Source: Mustelus asterias
Taxonomy: Eukaryota
Direction: 5' to 3'
Length of the DNA stretch: 64,000 bases
NCBI RefSeq assembly: GCF_964213995.1
Contig: NC_135820.1
Coordinates: forward strand, 5,456,001-5,520,000
The notes under the pieces: generated by a model
Told to the model about the DNA's origin: nothing
The model's database searches: none
Seen by the model: only the letters and a program-made list of their open reading frames with translations
Translations under genes and position numbers: made by a program
Shown: piece after piece, positions 59,401 to 64,000 of the stretch
Layout of the letters: each line of letters opens with the position of its first letter
Numbering within the stretch: the first letter of the stretch is position 1

Positions 59401-61100
59401 GTTGGGACTGTTTCCAGGGTAGAAATGTCATTCACCGGGGGACATAGGTTAAAGGCAAAAGGGGGAAAGTTTAAAGGAGATGTGACAGGCAAGTTTTTTA
59501 CAGAGGGTGGTAAGTACTTGGAATGCACTGCCAGAGGAGGTGGTAGAAGCAGATACAATAGCGGCGTTTAGGAGGCATCTCGACAGATACATGAATAGAT
59601 CATAGATCTTCATAGATCATGGAATCCCTACAGTGCAGAAGGAGGCCATTCGGCCCATCAAGTCTGCAGTGACCACAATCCCTCCCAGGCTCTTTCACTA
59701 TAATCCCATGCACTCAGGGACAACTTAGCATGGCCCAATCGATCTAACCTCTTTAGACTGTGGTAGCAAATCTGAGCACCTGGAGGAAACAGGTAGGAAT
59801 TAGAGGGATACGGACCACGTAGAGGCACTAGATCTTCAGTTTATAGAACCCCAAAAAGCAGAAGGAGGCCATTTGGCCCATCGAATCTGCACCGACCACA
59901 ATCCCACCCAGGTCCTATCTCCGTAGCTCCATTTACCCTAGCTAGTCCCCCTGACACTAAGGGACAATTTAGCATGGCCAATCCACCTAACCCGCACATC
60001 TTTGGACTGTTTCGAAAGGCTTCATGTGTCGGCATAGGCTTGTTGGGCTGAAGGGTCTGTTTCTGTGCTGTACTGTTCTTTGTTCTCCTTGGAGAGAAGG
60101 CTATGAGGAGATTTGATGGAGATGTTCAAAATCATGAGAGGTCTGGTCAGAGTAGACGGGGAGAAACTGTTCGCGCTTGTGAAAGGATCGAGAACGAGGG
60201 GGCATAGATTTTAAAGTGATTTACGAAAGAAGCAATGTGAGAAAAAACATTTCCATGCAGTGAGTGGTTGGGGTCTGGAATGCACTGCCTGGAAGTGTGA
60301 CTGAGGCAGGTTCAATTGAGGCATTTGAGAGGGCATGAGATAATTATTTGAACAGAAACAAGATGCAGGGGTGCAGGTTGCGGTTGGGGGTGGGTGGGTG
60401 GCGGTGGTGGTGAAGGGAGGGCAGGGGAAAGGTCATTAAGTCATGTTTGTTTGGAGAGCCAGTGTAGACTCGGGGTGGGGGGTGGTGGGGTGGGGAGGGG
60501 GGGGTGGTGGGGGGGGGGGGGTCAAAGGGCCTCCTTCTGCACCTTATTAATTCTGTGATTCTGAGCTGGCAGAGATTGGGATTGCCCTATTTCCATAAGG
60601 ATTGTAACCCTGTGCAAGGTTTGAGATGAAGTTAAGTCTCGTCGAGAGGGTGTGTTGGAGCTAAAATACCTCCAAACATCAGCAAAAATGGATTGTCAGG
60701 CCATTTGTAAAACAACTTTTGGCGCAAATAACTCCAAATGTAACTCATTGCCACTGAGTGTCTGTAATGTGCTCTTTAAATATAAGACAATATGTATCGG
60801 AATTAAAAGTGATTTTTCCCTGACTGAGTGTGAACAGTAGATTGGTATCAGAGATTGAATAAAGTAGATTATTCTGGTACAGATATTACACTCCCATCCA
60901 CGTCACTATGTCTAACACACAGTTTTCTGCTACAGGACCAAGGCCTGGGCAGGAATATTGATGGTCCAGGGACTGCATCCAAATCAGCTCAAAGTGAGGA
61001 GGTTCTGTACGCAGCACTCAATGTCTCAAACATTCACAAACCTGAAATGCATCTCCAGACTGAGGAACCCAACCAATACGCTGCAATTAAATGGAAATGA
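44385..61100 (+). CDS. Gene B: complete Siglec-like inhibitory receptor (V-C2-C2-C2-TM-ITIM), 8 coding exons, 1623 nt, 540 aa
   Basis: Exons 44385-44424, 44807-45187, 46381-46686, 49548-49805, 51568-51870, 53585-53666, 57620-57707 and 60936-61100 are all joined by GT-AG introns with matching phases (1,1,1,1,1,2,0) and have no internal stop. Siglec V-set signature GSCAEIPC..W..GR..CSLLI.D..D.G.YYIRV, hydrophobic TM and ITIM-type tail are present. Confidence 0.88.
44807..45187 (+). CDS. Gene B V-set exon V6 (intact)
   Basis: TTTATCAG| acceptor, CTGG|GTAGG donor, 381 nt open. Keeps CxxxPC, the E-strand CSL Cys (45058-45060) and the F-strand Arg of YYIRV (45112-45114), which in Siglecs binds the sialic acid carboxylate. 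Confidence 0.92.
46381..46686 (+). CDS. Gene B C2-set exon 1
   Basis: GACAG| ... T|GTAGGT, 306 nt open. FTCSLTQSC..W..FSFTPSLDQHGESLTC matches Siglec domain 2, including the extra Cys for the d1-d2 disulfide. Confidence 0.92.
47560..48811 (-). mobile_element. 5'-truncated CR1/HER1 LINE in gene B intron 3
   Basis: 359-aa open RT/C-terminal ORF. 8-bp TSD GAGTGATA at 47552-47559 and 48812-48819. Empty site in gene A near 4720. Confidence 0.95.
49548..49805 (+). CDS. Gene B C2-set exon 2
   Basis: TTTCAG| ... T|GTAAGT, 258 nt open, with VSSEDEGEYWCEAANNLG Ig F-strand motif. Confidence 0.92.
51568..51870 (+). CDS. Gene B C2-set exon 3 (membrane-proximal)
   Basis: Polypyrimidine tract + TATAG|, donor C|GTGAGT, 303 nt open. 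C-x7-CxC..ANP..CMAQNEHG resembles the last Ig domain of MAG and long CD33-related Siglecs. Confidence 0.88.
52110..52325 (-). mobile_element. HE1-type V-SINE (internally deleted)
   Basis: Head and V-domain motifs. Confidence 0.8.
53585..53666 (+). CDS. Gene B transmembrane exon (RTFPWWIVILIVTAAAIILILIMVKVQR)
   Basis: TTTTAG| ... AG|GTATGT, phase 1 to 2, with an uncharged hydrophobic run of about 20 residues. Not shown in the ORF track in this frame. Confidence 0.88.
54052..54590 (-). mobile_element. CR1 LINE 3' fragment
   Basis: EYCVQFGSPHYKKD...QRVVGVWNGLP and a (CATAGAA)n tail. Confidence 0.9.
55449..55941. mobile_element. Penelope-like hairpin remnant with a nested HE1-type SINE (55533-55875, +)
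   Basis: Same termini as the other copies. Degenerate 13-bp TSD AACCCAGTGCAAA / AATCCAGCGCAAA. Confidence 0.78.
57620..57707 (+). CDS. Gene B cytoplasmic exon 1 (KKTSDIVSVPEISDDSVTYAAVRHSLNTQ)
   Basis: TATCAG| ... CAG|GTAAGG, phase 2 to 0, with ITIM consensus VTYAAV at 57669-57686. Confidence 0.85.
57915..58645 (-). mobile_element. Cluster of HE1-type SINE pieces with an embedded CR1 3' fragment
   Basis: V-domain duplicated at about 58295-58378 and 58485-58568, head at about 58580-58645. Confidence 0.75.
60936..61100 (+). CDS. Gene B terminal cytoplasmic exon (DQGLG...EEVLYAALN...EEPNQYAAIKWK*)
   Basis: TTTTCTGCTACAG| phase 0, ITIM VLYAAL, and a distal NQYAAI motif just before the stop, as in Siglec tails. 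Confidence 0.9.
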   Translation, partial: DQGLGRNIDGPGTASKSAQSEEVLYAALNVSNIHKPEMHLQTEEPNQYAAIKWK

Positions 61101-61217
61101 AATCGAGGTGGCCTGATTCTCATCAACAGAGATCAGCAATAGCTGAAGACAACATGTTTAATGGCGTAGAACAGCAAGTTCATATTGTCCAAAGTGCTTT
61201 GAGAATGGTTATCTTTC

Positions 61218-63060
61218 AAAGAACAAAGAACAGTACAGCGCAGGAACAGGCCCTTCGGCCCTCCAAGCCCGTGCCGATCATGACGCCCTAACTAAACTAA
61301 AAAAAAACCTTCTGCCCTTATTCCCTCCCTATTCATGTACCCATCCAGGTGCCTCTTAAATGTTGCTGATGTACCTGCTTCCACCACCTCCTCTGGCTGA
61401 TGTACCTGCTTCCACCACCTCCTCTGGCAGCGCGTTCCAGGCACCCACCACTCTCTGTGCGAAAAACCTCCCCCGCACATCTCCCTTCAACTTTCCCCCT
61501 CTCACATTGAACCTGTGCCCCCTTGTAATTGACACTTCCACCCTGGGAAAAAGCCTCCAACTATCCACCCTGTCTGTGCGTTTCATCATTTTGTAGACCT
61601 CTATCAGGTCTCCCCTCAGCCTCCGTCTTTCCAGTGAAAACAATCCTAGTTTATTCAACCTCTCCTCATAGCCAACACCCTTGAGACCAGGCAACATCCT
61701 GGCGAACCTTCTTTACACTCTCCCCAAAGCTTCCACATCCTTCTGGTAATGTGGTGACCAGGACTGTACACATATTCCAAATGCAGCCTAACCAAGGTTT
61801 TATATAACTAAACATGATTTCCCAACTCTTGTACTCAATGCCCCGGGTGATGAAGGCAAGCATTCCATATGCCTTCTTAATCACCTTGGCCACCTGTGTT
61901 TGTCACTTTTCGGGAACTGTGGACCTGCACGCCCAGATCCCTCTGTATGTTAAGGTTCCGAAGAGTTCTGCCATTTACAGTATAATTCACACCTAAATTT
62001 GATCCTCCAAAATACATCACGTCGCATTTACCTGGATTAAACCCCTTCTGCCATTTCTGTGCCCAAGTTTCCATATCTATATTCTGTTGTATTCTCTGAC
62101 AATCCCCGGCACTATCAGCAACTCCACCAATCTTTGTGACATCCGCAAACTCACTAATCAGAACTCCCACATTTTCCTCCAGATCATTTATATATACTAC
62201 AAACAACAGAGGTCCCAGCACTGATCCCTGCGGAACACCACTAGCACAGTAAGAAGTCTCACAACACCAGGTTAAAGTCCAACAGGTTTATTTGGTAGCA
62301 AATACCTGGTATGGTATTTGCTACCAAATAAACCTGTTGGACTTTAACCTGGTGTTGTGAGACTTCTTACTGTGCTTACCCCAGTCCAACGCCGGCATCT
62401 CCACATCAACACCACTAGCTACAGATCTCCATTCTGAAAAACACCTTTCCACTACTACTCTCTGTCTTCTATATCTGCCTTCTATAACTAAGTCAGTTCT
62501 GTATCCGTCTAGCCAGCTCACCCCGGATCCCATTTGATTTTACTTTTTGTACAGTCTGCCATGTGGGACCTTGTCAAACGCTTCGCTAAAGTCCATATAA
62601 ACTACATCCACAGCCCTTCCCTGACCAATGGTCTTTGTCACCTCTTCAAAAAACTCAAGTTGGTGAGACATGACCTTCCCCGTATAAAACCATACTGCCT
62701 GTCACTAACTAGTTCATTTTCTTCCAAATGTGCAGATATCCTGTCTCTCAGTATCTTCTCCAAAGGCTTCCCCACCACAGATGTCAGGCTCACTGGCCTG
62801 TAATTGGCTGGATTATCCCTGCTTCCTTTCTTAAACAAGGGAACAACATTGGCTATTCTCCAGTCCTCTGGAACCTTGCCTGTGGTCAAAGAGGATGTGA
62901 AGATATCTGTTAAGGCCCCAGCTATTTCTCCCCTTGCCTCCCGCAGCAACCTGGGATCGATCCCATTTGGCCCCAAGGACTTGTCTACCTTAATGCAATT
63001 TAGGATATTCAACACTTCCCACTTTGATATATTGACATTCTCCAGAGCCTTCACACATCT
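61218..63060 (-). mobile_element. Degenerate 5'-truncated CR1 LINE just downstream of the gene B stop
   Basis: Fragmented RT ORFs, interrupted by a Penelope-like hairpin insertion. Confidence 0.92.
62246..62407. mobile_element. Short Penelope-like hairpin inserted in a CR1 RT region
   Basis: Inverted arms of about 57 bp plus tail. 12-bp TSD AACACCACTAGC at 62234-62245 and 62408-62419. Confidence 0.85.
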
Positions 63061-63413
63061 AATCTGCTAAAATGTTAAAATCTCATTGAGGGTGATTTTA
63101 TTGACAATCCCAAAGGTGTTTCCATTTCCCAACATACGACTGAATTGGAGCAGGGGCTGGCTCTCGGAAGGTCAGTGTAAACATTTAGACTGTTTAAGAT
63201 GCTTTAATAAAATAATTATTTTCATAATTCTAACTCTGTTACATTATTCTTTCATTAAAGACTTTAACACAATTAAAACATCTCACTCTGAAAAACGCTA
63301 CATAAAGATGCTCATGTAAAAGCATGTCGAAATGTGTGTGTGTTTGTTTATATGTGTGTGTGAGACTATGCCGGTCTGTTTGTGTTTCTCTCTGTGTATC
63401 TCTGAGCGGGTTT

Positions 63414-63720
63414 CATAGAATCCCTACTGTGCACAAAGAGGCCATTCGGCCCATCAAGTTTGCACCAACCACAATCCCAGCCAGGCCCTATCACCATAAC
63501 CCCATGCCTTTACCCTAGCTAGTCCCACTGACACTTTAGCATGTCATCTAACCCACACATCTTTGGACTGTGGGAGGAAACCGGAGCACCTGGAGGAAAC
63601 CCACACAGTCACAGGGAGAATGTAAAAATTCCACAGAGGCAGTGACCCAAGCCAGGAATCGAACCCCGGTCCCTGGCGCTGTGAGGCAGCAGTGCTAACC
63701 ACTGGGCCACCGTGCCACCC
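63414..63720 (-). mobile_element. HE1-type V-SINE
   Basis: Complete head, V-domain and tail. Confidence 0.85.
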
Positions 63721-64000
63721 CAACAAATGCAGGCCCAGCCAGCTACACCACCATCCCATAAATATAGAATCATAGAATCCCGACAGTGCCCAAGGACACC
63801 ATTCAGCCCATCGAGCCTGCACTGACAGCAATCCCACCCAGATCCTATCCCCGTAACCCCACGTTTTCATTCTACTGATGCACCGACACTAAAGGGCAAT
63901 TTAACATGCTAATCCATGTCTGATTTGGTTTGTCTCTGTGTATCTGTGTGTGTGTTTCTCTCTGCGTGTATCTCTGTATGTGTCTGGGTCTGAGTCTGTG

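Noticed and set aside
44385-61100. Assigning a gene symbol such as MAG, CD22 or CD33
   Set aside because: There are four Ig domains (MAG has five, CD22 seven), similarity is at motif level only, and the family is locally expanded. Orthology cannot be established without a phylogeny.
1-64000. CRISPR array, prokaryotic operon or retron-type RT system
   Set aside because: The DNA is intron-containing vertebrate sequence, all RT ORFs are non-LTR retrotransposon ORF2, and there is no regularly spaced repeat-spacer array.

Overview
Vertebrate genomic DNA, almost certainly from a shark or ray, judged by its HE1-type V-SINEs, HER1/CR1 LINEs and Penelope-like elements. The window holds a Siglec-like (sialic-acid-binding Ig lectin) locus with an unusual layout. 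A complete 8-exon inhibitory receptor lies on the + strand (gene B, 44385-61100). It encodes leader, V-set, three C2-set domains, TM and two cytoplasmic exons with three Tyr motifs, 540 aa by manual splicing. A near-identical ectodomain gene faces away from it on the - strand (gene A, 10016 down to 1682), and its similarity to B stops exactly at the end of the last Ig exon. Between the two are four tail-less promoter-leader-V-C2 cassettes in strictly alternating orientation, giving six leader-V units in three head-to-head pairs. The V exons show patchwork sharing of variants, and the spacer of pair 2 is inverted relative to pair 1. Both point to gene conversion and inversion between the inverted copies. 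The rest of the window is retroelements: CR1 LINEs, V-SINEs, Rex/Babar-like fragments and hairpin-shaped Penelope-like insertions carrying minimal hammerhead motifs. Exon boundaries and family assignments were made by eye with no database search. Repeat boundaries without a TSD are approximate.
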